A stretch of 63,838 nucleotides of DNA, counting the filler. It is 7 parts of 7 records of this genome, joined end to end, with 100 filler letters (N's around TTAATTAATTAA, not from the genome) between each part and the next. Parts side by side here need not be neighbours in the genome. Positions count along the whole stretch, not along the records: positions 49,734 to 56,711 come from SRR20825006_2625; positions 56,812 to 63,838 come from SRR20825006_2627; 5 more parts are not named here. One strand, written 5' to 3'. The notes beneath the pieces were generated by a model, which ran no database searches, was not told the DNA's origin, and saw only the letters and a program-made list of their open reading frames with translations. This document shows, in pieces, positions 53,595 through 62,206 of the stretch. The position numbers and the translations under genes are program-made. The stretch's first letter is position 1; every line of letters starts with the position of its first letter.

Positions 53595-54856
53595 CAGATG
53601 TTATAGACTTAGAGATGAAAGAAAATACTAAAGGGTTTCCCTTAGATGTATTTCCTGATGCGATACAGGAACTTATTAAAGATGCTGAAAACACAAAGCT
53701 ATTCAATCCTGATTATTTTAGTGCTGGCATCCTTTCGGCTTGCTCAACAGCAATTGGTAACAGCGTTTCATTATACAATGGGAGTTATAGCGCAAAGCCT
53801 ATCCTTTGGATTTCAATAATTGGAAGCCGTGGCGTTGGTAAGTCTCATCCATTGGAGTTTGCAAAGGCTCCTTTGGAGCAAAAAGATAGTGATGCTTATA
53901 CTTTTTATAAAACTGAATTGACTGAATATGAAAAACAGGAAGTCAAAGGAAAAAAGCCGAGATACTCAAAACTTATCCTAAATGATTTCACACCTGAAAA
54001 GCTGGCAGACGTATTACAGCATAGCGAAAAGGGTATCCTGATATTTCAAGATGAGCTGATGAGGTGGATTAACAGTTTTGACCAATACAAAAAGGGTGGC
54101 GACCAGCAGATGTATTTGAGTCTTTTCAACGGCTCTACATTAACAGTCGAGAGAGTGTCTAAAGAACCAATTAGAATTGAGCAAACTAACGTAAATATTA
54201 TTGGTGGAATGCAACCCGAGATTATCAAACAGCTGGCGCAAAATAACAGAAGCGAGGACGGTTTCTTAGACCGCTTTTTATTTGTGTATCCTAAAAACTT
54301 GAAACCCTCACTGTATACAGGCAAAGATATTTCAGGCAGAAACAGGGAAAACTATTGGCGTTTTATAAATAACCTCTTAGATGTTCCTGAAATGACTATT
54401 AAGGCAAAAGCGGACAACGTTGAAACCTATAAGCAATGGCAACATCAAAAGATAACAGAATGTTTTGATGATACGATTGAGCGTGCTATTCAAGCAAAGA
54501 TGGAAACCTATGTTTGGCGTTTAGCTTTGGTGCTTGAAATGATGCAACAGGCAACCCTTGGAGACTTTACTCCATCTTTGAGTAATGCAAGTCTAAGTAA
54601 TGCCATAAGGCTTGCAGAATATTTCAGGGAAAACGCTTTGACCATCAATGACAAAATAACCGTAAACAATCCTTTGGAGGACATTACAGGCGACCAGTTG
54701 GAGCTTTACACGGAATTACCCTATGATTTCAAAAGAAGTCAAGTGCTGGCTTTATTTGAAGCCAAAGCCATAAAAGGTAGAAGTATTGACCGCTTCCTTA
54801 GTAAGAAAAAACTCTTTCAGAATTACAGACACGGACACTATAAAAAGAAACACTAA
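53588..54856 (+). CDS. DUF3987/YfjI family P-loop protein (putative replicative helicase)
   Basis: FPLDVFP, GSRGVGKS Walker A, DFTPEKL, FQDEL, DGFLDRFLF. Confidence 0.85.
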   Translation: MLADVIDLEMKENTKGFPLDVFPDAIQELIKDAENTKLFNPDYFSAGILSACSTAIGNSVSLYNGSYSAKPILWISIIGSRGVGKSHPLEFAKAPLEQKDSDAYTFYKTELTEYEKQEVKGKKPRYSKLILNDFTPEKLADVLQHSEKGILIFQDELMRWINSFDQYKKGGDQQMYLSLFNGSTLTVERVSKEPIRIEQTNVNIIGGMQPEIIKQLAQNNRSEDGFLDRFLFVYPKNLKPSLYTGKDISGRNRENYWRFINNLLDVPEMTIKAKADNVETYKQWQHQKITECFDDTIERAIQAKMETYVWRLALVLEMMQQATLGDFTPSLSNASLSNAIRLAEYFRENALTINDKITVNNPLEDITGDQLELYTELPYDFKRSQVLALFEAKAIKGRSIDRFLSKKKLFQNYRHGHYKKKH

Positions 54857-55025
54857 TGACAATTTCGACAATTTCGACAATTTTGCACTTAACTCGTTGT
54901 ATTTCATTCTATTGTGTAATTATTTTAAAATGGCAAATTGCCAACTTTGCCAAATACAAAAATAATATTGCCAAGTGTAAGCCATTGCTATTACTGCAAT
55001 TTGTCGGAATTGTCAACTTTGCCAA
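54857..55025. repeat. Iteron-like inverted repeat arrays (putative origin)
   Basis: (T/C)GACAATTT x3, TGGCAA-A-TTGCCA palindrome, TTGCCAA x4, TTGTCG/TTGTCA; AT-rich spacers. Confidence 0.65.
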
Positions 55026-55037
55026 CATAATAATAAA

Positions 55038-56099
55038 ATGACACCATACAGATACATATTAGACACCTCGAGCAAAAAGTATAGATGCCCTAAATGCCAA
55101 AAGAAAACCTTTGTTTGTTTCATAGATACTGATACTGGCGAAGTGATGCCCGATGAGTTTGGCAGATGCGACAGGGAAAGCAAATGCAGATACTTTAATG
55201 TTCCTAAAAGTGAAATAAAAACTGATTTCAACTATGATTACATACCACCAGCCAAGCCATCTTATCACGATTATAATTTAGTAATTGAAAGCGGACGTAA
55301 TTTTAAGGCTAACAACTTCATTAAATTTTTGAAAAGCATCTTTAATGCTGAAGAGGTTAAAGACACCATTAGACGTTATTTAATTGGCTCTACTAAGTAT
55401 TTCGAGGGCGGTACAGTCTTTTGGCAGATAGACGACAAGCAAAATGTAAGGCACGGAAAAGTAATGGCTTACGATGCTACAACTGGAAAGCGTTCGAAGG
55501 ATGCAAACGGCAAAGCACATATTAATAGTGTACGCAGTATAATGAAGCTAAAGGATTTCAATTTGAAACAATGCCTTTACGGCTTGCACCTTATCAATGA
55601 AACAGACTGCAAGAAAATTGCATTAGTCGAGGGCGAAAAGACGGCTATAATGATGAGCATTTTTAAGCCTGAATACCTTTGGATGGCTACTGGAAGCAAG
55701 CACGGTTTCAAATACGAATACCTAAAGCCGTTAAAAGGATTTGAAATTGTAGCGTTTCCTGATAAGAGCGAATACAGCGACTGGCTGGCAAAGGCTAATA
55801 AGGTTAAACGTTATGGCTTAGATGTTTCTGTTAGTCAATGGATGGAAACAACAGCTTATCCTGATGGAACTGATTTGGCAGACGTGTATTTAATGGAGCG
55901 TAAAAAGTCAAGTCCTGAAACACCTCAACAATTTCCAAAATTGGAACAAGATGAGACGGTTAAAAAAAGTGAAAACCGCATTTATTCAACAAGTGAAAAG
56001 ATATTGAAAAAACTTGCTTGCATTAACCCTAATGTATTGGAACTCGTAAAGCAATTTGAATTGACCGACATTAATGGAATTGCATTAAAAGTACAATAG
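55038..56099 (+). CDS. DUF6371-like zinc-ribbon plus Toprim primase
   Basis: CPKC...RCDRESKC; VFWQID...GKVM.Y; LVEGEKTA, WMATG, FPD, DLAD. Confidence 0.82.
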   Translation: MTPYRYILDTSSKKYRCPKCQKKTFVCFIDTDTGEVMPDEFGRCDRESKCRYFNVPKSEIKTDFNYDYIPPAKPSYHDYNLVIESGRNFKANNFIKFLKSIFNAEEVKDTIRRYLIGSTKYFEGGTVFWQIDDKQNVRHGKVMAYDATTGKRSKDANGKAHINSVRSIMKLKDFNLKQCLYGLHLINETDCKKIALVEGEKTAIMMSIFKPEYLWMATGSKHGFKYEYLKPLKGFEIVAFPDKSEYSDWLAKANKVKRYGLDVSVSQWMETTAYPDGTDLADVYLMERKKSSPETPQQFPKLEQDETVKKSENRIYSTSEKILKKLACINPNVLELVKQFELTDINGIALKVQ

Positions 56100-56123
56100 C
56101 AACTCACTAACAACTCTAAAACA

Positions 56124-56507
56124 ATGGGAAAAGAAAAAAACTTTGGTACTAAGATTAACTCTAACGGGTTTAGTAAAAATCCTGAAAATATTAATAGGAA
56201 AGGGAGACCAGTCTCTATAAGGCAAAACTTAAAAGATATGCTTGAGAATGAGGGAGAGCTTAGAGTAGACCCTGAGAACGTTATAAGCGTTAATAAAGAC
56301 GGCAGTGTATCTATAAAGCTCCCTAAGACTGATGCAATAACGTATAAGCTTATGGACTGGGCTATTAATGGAAACGGAAACGAAAGCATTAAAGCTATAC
56401 AGATAATGCTGGAGCAGATAGACGGAAAACCAAATAAAACAATTGATGTTAATGAGAGGTTAGAGATACCTCTTATAGATATTCCTATAACACGCTGGGT
56501 TGAGTAA
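56124..56507 (+). CDS. DUF5681-like / putative terminase small subunit
   Basis: GF.KNPENINRKGRP N-terminal motif and A..G...AI..ML..IDGKP C-terminal motif. Confidence 0.55.
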   Translation: MGKEKNFGTKINSNGFSKNPENINRKGRPVSIRQNLKDMLENEGELRVDPENVISVNKDGSVSIKLPKTDAITYKLMDWAINGNGNESIKAIQIMLEQIDGKPNKTIDVNERLEIPLIDIPITRWVE

Positions 56508-56611
56508 TTACTTAACTTGTATTTGTAGTATTTAATTAATCATACAAAATCAAAACGATACGCGCGCGCGTGTTTAATTTAGATACTCAAAAATTGTTGC
56601 TAAAAACCAAT

Positions 56612-56632
56612 TTGCGTAACAATTGTGTAACA
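56612..56632 (+). repeat. Two tandem putative integrase arm-type sites
   Basis: TTGCGTAACA (56612) and TTGTGTAACA (56623); same motif and period as at the left end. Confidence 0.75.
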
Positions 56633-56641
56633 ATGGAAAAT

Positions 56642-56671
56642 AAAAAAAGAGCTACATTTCTGTAACTCTTT
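56642..56671 (-). terminator. Element-encoded terminator downstream of the tRNA 3' end
   Basis: Minus strand AAAGAGTTACA-GAAA-TGTAGCTCTTT followed by T run. Confidence 0.75.
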
Positions 56672-56682
56672 CATTTTCAACG

Positions 56683-56711
56683 CTCCCCTTCTTGGACTCG
56701 AACCAAGGACC
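56683..56711 (-). tRNA. tRNA-Asn 3' portion (T arm and acceptor strand), truncated by contig end; att site
   Basis: Reverse complement GGTC-CTTGG-TTCGAGT-CCAAG-AAGGGGA-G; GTT anticodon inferred from the overlapping left-end copy. Confidence 0.8.
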
Positions 56712-56811
56712 NNNNNNNNNNNNNNNNNNNNNNNNNNNNNNNNNNNNNNNNNNNNTTAATTAATTAANNNNNNNNNNNNNNNNNNNNNNNNNNNNNNNNN
56801 NNNNNNNNNNN
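56712..56811. other. Artificial contig spacer
   Basis: N44-TTAATTAATTAA-N44. Confidence 0.99.
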
Positions 56812-56812
56812 C

Positions 56813-57406
56813 ATCCTGCCCCTGCGCGGCAAGATCCTGAATGTCGAAAGCGCCTCGCTCGACAAGATGATGAACAATCAGGAGATCAATGATCTTTCAC
56901 TGGCGCTCGGCACGGCGCTGGGCAAGAAGTTCGACATGGACGATCTGCGGTATGACCGCATCATCATCATGACGGATGCCGATGTAGATGGCGCCCACAT
57001 TGCCAGCTTGCTGATCACTTTCTTCTATCGGATGACACCGGGCCTGATCGAAAGCGGACGCCTGTTCCTGGCCCTGCCCCCGCTCTACAAGCTCTCCAAC
57101 AAGGGCACGATCGTCTACGCGATGGACGATGCCGACCGGGCCGAGAAAATGAAAGAGCACTTCAAACCGAACCAGAAAGTCGACATGACCCGCTTCAAGG
57201 GTCTCGGCGAGATGAACCCGTCTCAGCTGAAGGAAACCACAATGAACCCGGCGACGCGGACGCTTGCGCGGGTCACTCTGGAGGCGATTGACGATGTCGA
57301 GGTTCCAGCCGAGGAGCTGATAAACACGTTGATGGGCAAGAAAGCCGAATTGCGTTTCCGGTTCATTCAGGAAAACGCTGCTTTCGTTGAAGAGCTTGAT
57401 ATCTAG
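56813..57406 (+). CDS. parE: DNA topoisomerase IV subunit B (5'-truncated)
   Basis: LPLRGKILNV, MTDADVDGAHIASLL, RFKGLGEM; lacks the proteobacterial GyrB insertion. Confidence 0.9.
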   Translation: MLPLRGKILNVESASLDKMMNNQEINDLSLALGTALGKKFDMDDLRYDRIIIMTDADVDGAHIASLLITFFYRMTPGLIESGRLFLALPPLYKLSNKGTIVYAMDDADRAEKMKEHFKPNQKVDMTRFKGLGEMNPSQLKETTMNPATRTLARVTLEAIDDVEVPAEELINTLMGKKAELRFRFIQENAAFVEELDI

Positions 57407-57490
57407 GTAAACAAGATTTGAAACGCCGGTAAGAAATTTCCTTTATTCGGAAAGACGATTCTAACCCTGTTTGGGTATGGTTCGCCCATC

Positions 57491-59092
57491 ATGTTATTCG
57501 GACGCACCCTATTCAAACACGACAAGAAGCGCCATTCCGGGCGCGAAATTCTTGAGTCGCACCTGAATCGGTACATCCTCGCGCTGAGCATTGTTCTGGC
57601 GCTGATCCTTGCCAGCCACATCGTTTCCCTGACTGCCCTCCGCCAAGGTGCGCATGATGCGACCGCGATCAATATGAGCGGCAGCCAGCGCATGTTGCTG
57701 CAGCAAATGTCTCATGCGGCCCATGATTACGCCGAAGACGGATCGCCGGAGCTGCGGGAGAATTTGCGCGCCAGCATCAAATTGTTCGAGACGTCTCACT
57801 ATGAACTTATCCGCTTTGGCGAAGATGATGCCGCACTTCAGGCGATCTATTCCGAAGGCGAAAACTCCATTCATACCAAGGTTCTTGAGCTCATCAACAA
57901 TGTGAACTGGGTTCTGGTCGACCGCCGGAATACGTCCGCGGCGCTTGAGGCAATTGAATATGAGGCTTCCGGCCCCCTCGCCAATCGGCTCGGAGAGGCG
58001 GCGGACGCTTTCGAAGCGCAGGCCAACAAGCGCGCCGAATGGCTGGGTACGATCCAGACCTATACGGTCCTGGCCCTCGTCCTGACGATTGTCGCGGAAG
58101 TGTTCCTGGTCTTCTGGCCGGCCCACAAGATCATGATCCGGGCCTTCAAGAAGCTGGACCAGCAACATAGCGAAGCCCAGGCAACACTGAAGCGCCTGTC
58201 CAATTTCTCCGCCGTGGCCTCAGACCTGTTCTGGGAAACCGATCTCCAGGGCAAGCTGATCTATGCCGAGGGCACCTTCCTCCAGAAACTTCAGGGCGGC
58301 CGCAATTCCCTGGTCGGGTGCAACTATCTCGACATTATCCAGTTCGATGAAGAAAACTCCGAGATCATGACCAATGCGGTCCAGTCGGCCGCGAGTTACG
58401 CCCGTGTGCGCGGGATTTTCACGGACGTTGATGGCCAGACTTATCACATGGATATGGCCGGCGCGCCGTGCTTTGACGACAAGGGTCGGATCACCGGCTA
58501 TATCGGCACCTCCAACGACATTACCGCACAGGTCGAGAAACAAGAGGAGGTCCGTAAATTGGCCTATTCGGACCCCCTGACTCATCTCGCGAACAAGCGC
58601 GCCCTCGAAGAGCGGCTGCCGACCATGCTCGCAGAAGCCTCAAACACCGCGCCGCTCTTTATCCTGGCGCTGGACCTGGATGGCTTCAAGGCGGTCAACG
58701 ACACATATGGTCATGGCGCGGGCGACGAAGTGCTCAAAGTCGTGGCGGCCCGGATGAAAGCCATTGTTCGCGACAGCGACCTGACCGTGCGCACAGGCGG
58801 GGACGAGTTCTTCATCGTCTGCAGCACATCGCCATCGCGCCTTGCCGTTGAGGGCCTGGCCCTGCGGCTCAAGCGCAAGCTGAGCGAGCCTTATGGCCTG
58901 TCGACCGGCCACCGCGTTCGCATCAGCACGTCCATCGGCATTGCCGCCGCGCCGTTTGACTGTATGGGCGAAGGCCCGCTGCTGCATGCCGCCGACATGG
59001 CGCTGTACGAAGCCAAGCGCTGTGGCCGCAACCAGTTCCGCTTCTATGAAGATCTCGGGCCATTCGTGGTCGACGAACAGGCCATGGCCTAG
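57491..59092 (+). CDS. Membrane diguanylate cyclase (PilJ/NarX-like sensor, PAS, GGDEF)
   Basis: AINMSGSQRML P-box-like motif between two TMs; FWETD..G PAS; DLDGFK.VND, GGDEF. Confidence 0.9.
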   Translation: MLFGRTLFKHDKKRHSGREILESHLNRYILALSIVLALILASHIVSLTALRQGAHDATAINMSGSQRMLLQQMSHAAHDYAEDGSPELRENLRASIKLFETSHYELIRFGEDDAALQAIYSEGENSIHTKVLELINNVNWVLVDRRNTSAALEAIEYEASGPLANRLGEAADAFEAQANKRAEWLGTIQTYTVLALVLTIVAEVFLVFWPAHKIMIRAFKKLDQQHSEAQATLKRLSNFSAVASDLFWETDLQGKLIYAEGTFLQKLQGGRNSLVGCNYLDIIQFDEENSEIMTNAVQSAASYARVRGIFTDVDGQTYHMDMAGAPCFDDKGRITGYIGTSNDITAQVEKQEEVRKLAYSDPLTHLANKRALEERLPTMLAEASNTAPLFILALDLDGFKAVNDTYGHGAGDEVLKVVAARMKAIVRDSDLTVRTGGDEFFIVCSTSPSRLAVEGLALRLKRKLSEPYGLSTGHRVRISTSIGIAAAPFDCMGEGPLLHAADMALYEAKRCGRNQFRFYEDLGPFVVDEQAMA

Positions 59093-59125
59093 GGCCCCTT
59101 TCCTCCATTTCCTCCAGAACCTTTG

Positions 59126-59161
59126 GCCGGAGACGCGCCCCACGCGCTCCGGCATTTTTTT
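59126..59161 (+). terminator. Intrinsic terminator
   Basis: GCCGGAG-A-CGCG...CGCG-CTCCGGC followed by A and a T run. Confidence 0.7.
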
Positions 59162-59178
59162 GTGTTGTGAGGCAGGCG

Positions 59179-59793
59179 TCAGCCGGAGCTTTCCCACGAG
59201 TCCAGCCCGGCCCTGATCTGTGCGGGCAATAGCGTCGCAATCGCGCCCAGCTCTGGCGACAGGCGGAAGGCGCTGGTCGCCGGGCCAACCGCCGGGCGTG
59301 ACTCGCCATGCTTCTGCAGGCGTCTGAGATTGCGCGCGAGGCGGATGGCGTGGCCATCCGGGTCTGCGATGACGCGCCGGAGCGCCGCGATCCGGGCCAT
59401 CAGCCTGTGCGGGGATACGGGTCCGGAAAGGGTTCGGGAAATGTCCGGAAAACCGCCCTCAATCGTCTGGCGTTCGGGCAGCTGTTTCAAACGTCTAGGA
59501 TAAAGGCGCGGAAAGATGGCGAGTTCGACGCCGTCGGGCAGGTCCGGCTCGGGCTTCGGGTCAGGGGGCGCGGCGCGCGGGGCCGCCGGGGCGAGCGGCA
59601 GATTGAGCGCGAGGACCAGGATCAGGCGGCGGACAATGGTTTCCAGCATTTTGAGCCGCCCGGAAATCCGCCCCGCCACACTGCGCCCAATCACTTTCGG
59701 CCCGAGATGAAGGTTCGCCAGCGCGGAAGCATCCAGCACCGCCCGCCCGGCATGTTCCAGCCCCCGTTTCAGAATGTCCGTTTGCGCATCCAT
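59179..59793 (-). CDS. Hypothetical protein
   Basis: ~204-aa ORF with Pro-rich linker; probable start at MDAQTD. Confidence 0.6.
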   Translation of the reverse strand: MDAQTDILKRGLEHAGRAVLDASALANLHLGPKVIGRSVAGRISGRLKMLETIVRRLILVLALNLPLAPAAPRAAPPDPKPEPDLPDGVELAIFPRLYPRRLKQLPERQTIEGGFPDISRTLSGPVSPHRLMARIAALRRVIADPDGHAIRLARNLRRLQKHGESRPAVGPATSAFRLSPELGAIATLLPAQIRAGLDSWESSG

Positions 59794-59852
59794 GTGGGGA
59801 GTATGGGGGTGGAGGGTATCAGACGGATTGGTAAAAGCGGCAGCCAAAGTAC

Positions 59853-62057
59853 CTAATTCAATTTTAGCACACTAAACATACTCCGTATACTTGCTTCATC
59901 TGAACTGCTAGAGGTCGACGATGATCCGGAAGAACTATAATGATCATTGGGATCTACTTCATACTCATTTAACAGCCAGTATCGTTCGTCAAACACGCTA
60001 GAATAGTTATGCCAGCTGAATTTTGCCTCACTCGCTAACGACATCGCAGCGTCTTGCAACGCCTCCAATTCCTCTCTACTTTGGATATCGTCGACCCGGT
60101 GCTTAACTTCTGAGAGCACTGCATCGGCTGCTTCTTTGGCCGCCTCATACACTTCTTCAGAGGCCATAGGATGACAAGCCACCGTTGAAAACAGGGTCAC
60201 CGCCTCCTCGACAGACATCTCATATCCATACCTATAAAGACTATTTGAAATGTGTTTGCTAACACCATCAGCCAACTGTTTCACCTCGATTGAAGGAATA
60301 GAAAGAGCCTCTATGGATTCGAATATCTCTTCACATACAGAAACATCAATCGTTTCTTCGTGAGAATTCACCAACTGATCCACCAGCAACGTTATTGTTT
60401 TCTGGAGCGAAATACTGGTGTCAAATTTCAGGCACAGCTCCAAGACCGTGTAAAGATCGGACAAACTAGATTCGCTCTGCTGCTCACACAGGCGCCTCGC
60501 TGCCAGCTCCCAGAATTGCGGTTCCTGAAATTCGACACCTTTCACTAAATTCCACAGTCTACCCAAATGACTGTAAGATGGGACAACCTTGGTTAGTACC
60601 GGCACCAAACCATCCTTGACAACCACGTCATTCATATAGTCTCGTACGCCAGGATTGATGAATCTGGCGACACTATGCGAAATGTAGATCGTTGCACCTT
60701 CAAGTTCCTTTAGAGAGCTATTGAATTGCGACACCCACTGATGGGCTGGAACGGAAGACCCAAACTCCCCACACAACTTAACAAACAAATTTTGAATAGC
60801 TGGAATAGCGGTGCGATCGCTACTTAGTGTCATCGCCAACATCAAAAGTTGCGCCGATTCTGAAAAGTGATTCCTGTACGGCTTTTCCCAAAGCAGCTCA
60901 GGTTTATCCAGAACAGATTGAACCAAACTCCTGATGTCCACATCAGAAGAATCCAGATAGGCAGATTTCGTAATCTGCTCAATAACTCGTGGATTAAAAT
61001 TCTTATGGTCTATGATTTTCAGGTAAAAATCATCAGCAAGAAGACTTTCGATCTGAGTGCCTTCCAAATCTGAAAAATAGATGTGGTTGAACAGTATTTG
61101 TGCTTTAACAGTCCGAGTGTAGTATCCAACATCAAGCACGATGTTCGTGCCGCTTCCAGAAGTCTCGTCAATTCGCTGGGAATGTTTACGCGCTTGGCTC
61201 AAAATATAGTCTCTGGTTGTCAGCACAAAGCGTAAATCTTTAGTGTTCTTGACTTTCTCCAGAAAGGGTGGAAACCGCAGATCGGTCCCCCGGATTAAAT
61301 CTTCAGTAACTCGCACCTGTCCAAGAAAATCGTCGAAGAACAAGAGCTGCTTTACTCCCTTCGATACAGCACCGAACGCTTGCTCAATTGAATCAATTAC
61401 ACGGATCTGCCAACCTTGTTGAACATGCAGCCAAATCAATATTCTCGCTAAAGTAGTTTTTCCTATTCCCGGTGCACCGGAAATAATGAGAGCTCCGCTT
61501 TCATCGAGAATCTGTTCCGACTCCGCAATCCCGCCATGCTCGACATACTTTGGGATGAGCTTTGCAATCTGTTCAAGTTCACTCGCACTTCGCTCGTATA
61601 GCCCACTCTTCAATATTTGCTCCAAAACAGCAGTGCTGGAAAGCCACAGCTTAAAGTGCTTGCGAACCACTTCGGGACTGTCACTCAGCCTGTTCTCGAT
61701 GTCCTCCAGACCCCATATATCTCCAGTCACCAGATTCACATCTGCGAATATCTCCAGCAATTGCTCCTTCTTCTGGACGGTGAGCGAAACAGATGTCACC
61801 AGAATATACCTTTCCGGAGAAAGCAATTTCACCTTTTCAGCTTCTGCAACACACGTCTTTTTGAGAGCGCTGTAGCCTGATCGCTGGTAATGCTTAGCCT
61901 GAACAATTGTGACTGCTGAGTCGCTGGCGAAACGAAAATCCACACCCAAGTCCTTGCCCGGGCCGAACGATTCTAGCGTGATCCCTTCAGAATCCTGAAT
62001 AACATCTCGGATTAGAAGCTCGAAATCAGTAGGTGAAAGATTTGAGTACTCAAACAA
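59853..62057 (-). CDS. Mrr-like PD-(D/E)xK nuclease fused to nSTAND3 NTPase (candidate defence protein)
   Basis: DFE.L..D...G.D.GVD...VQAKHY; GAPGIGKTTLA; FFDDFLGQ; LTTRDYIL; NFNPRVIE; AT-richer than flanks. Confidence 0.8.
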   Translation of the reverse strand: MFEYSNLSPTDFELLIRDVIQDSEGITLESFGPGKDLGVDFRFASDSAVTIVQAKHYQRSGYSALKKTCVAEAEKVKLLSPERYILVTSVSLTVQKKEQLLEIFADVNLVTGDIWGLEDIENRLSDSPEVVRKHFKLWLSSTAVLEQILKSGLYERSASELEQIAKLIPKYVEHGGIAESEQILDESGALIISGAPGIGKTTLARILIWLHVQQGWQIRVIDSIEQAFGAVSKGVKQLLFFDDFLGQVRVTEDLIRGTDLRFPPFLEKVKNTKDLRFVLTTRDYILSQARKHSQRIDETSGSGTNIVLDVGYYTRTVKAQILFNHIYFSDLEGTQIESLLADDFYLKIIDHKNFNPRVIEQITKSAYLDSSDVDIRSLVQSVLDKPELLWEKPYRNHFSESAQLLMLAMTLSSDRTAIPAIQNLFVKLCGEFGSSVPAHQWVSQFNSSLKELEGATIYISHSVARFINPGVRDYMNDVVVKDGLVPVLTKVVPSYSHLGRLWNLVKGVEFQEPQFWELAARRLCEQQSESSLSDLYTVLELCLKFDTSISLQKTITLLVDQLVNSHEETIDVSVCEEIFESIEALSIPSIEVKQLADGVSKHISNSLYRYGYEMSVEEAVTLFSTVACHPMASEEVYEAAKEAADAVLSEVKHRVDDIQSREELEALQDAAMSLASEAKFSWHNYSSVFDERYWLLNEYEVDPNDHYSSSGSSSTSSSSDEASIRSMFSVLKLN

Positions 62058-62206
62058 AATACTTACCTTGGAAAAGCTTTAGATTGCACTCCGCTACAAT
62101 TCCACTCTTAGATTCGGCTGATCACAGTCACAAGGTCGTTCTTCGTCGAAATGAGGAATGCCCCTCCCCGATTGCCATCCCGCCCACCAACCTCTAAATG
62201 CTCCTT

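Larger units (their letters stand above)
49734..56711. mobile_element. ~7-kb integrative element at tRNA-Asn(GTT); candidate Bacteroidota phage satellite
   Basis: tRNA-Asn 3' sequence at both ends (14-bp identity TCGAACCAAGGACC); int, xis, DUF3987, Toprim primase and TerS-like gene all on the + strand. Confidence 0.85.

Noticed and set aside
54856-55041. 61-aa ORF MTISTISTI...
   Set aside because: Its sequence simply reads through the 9-bp DNA repeats; better explained as a non-coding origin.
49734-56711. Element as a prophage or NBU-type mobilisable transposon
   Set aside because: No structural, lysis or terL genes and no recognisable relaxase, although both ends are present.
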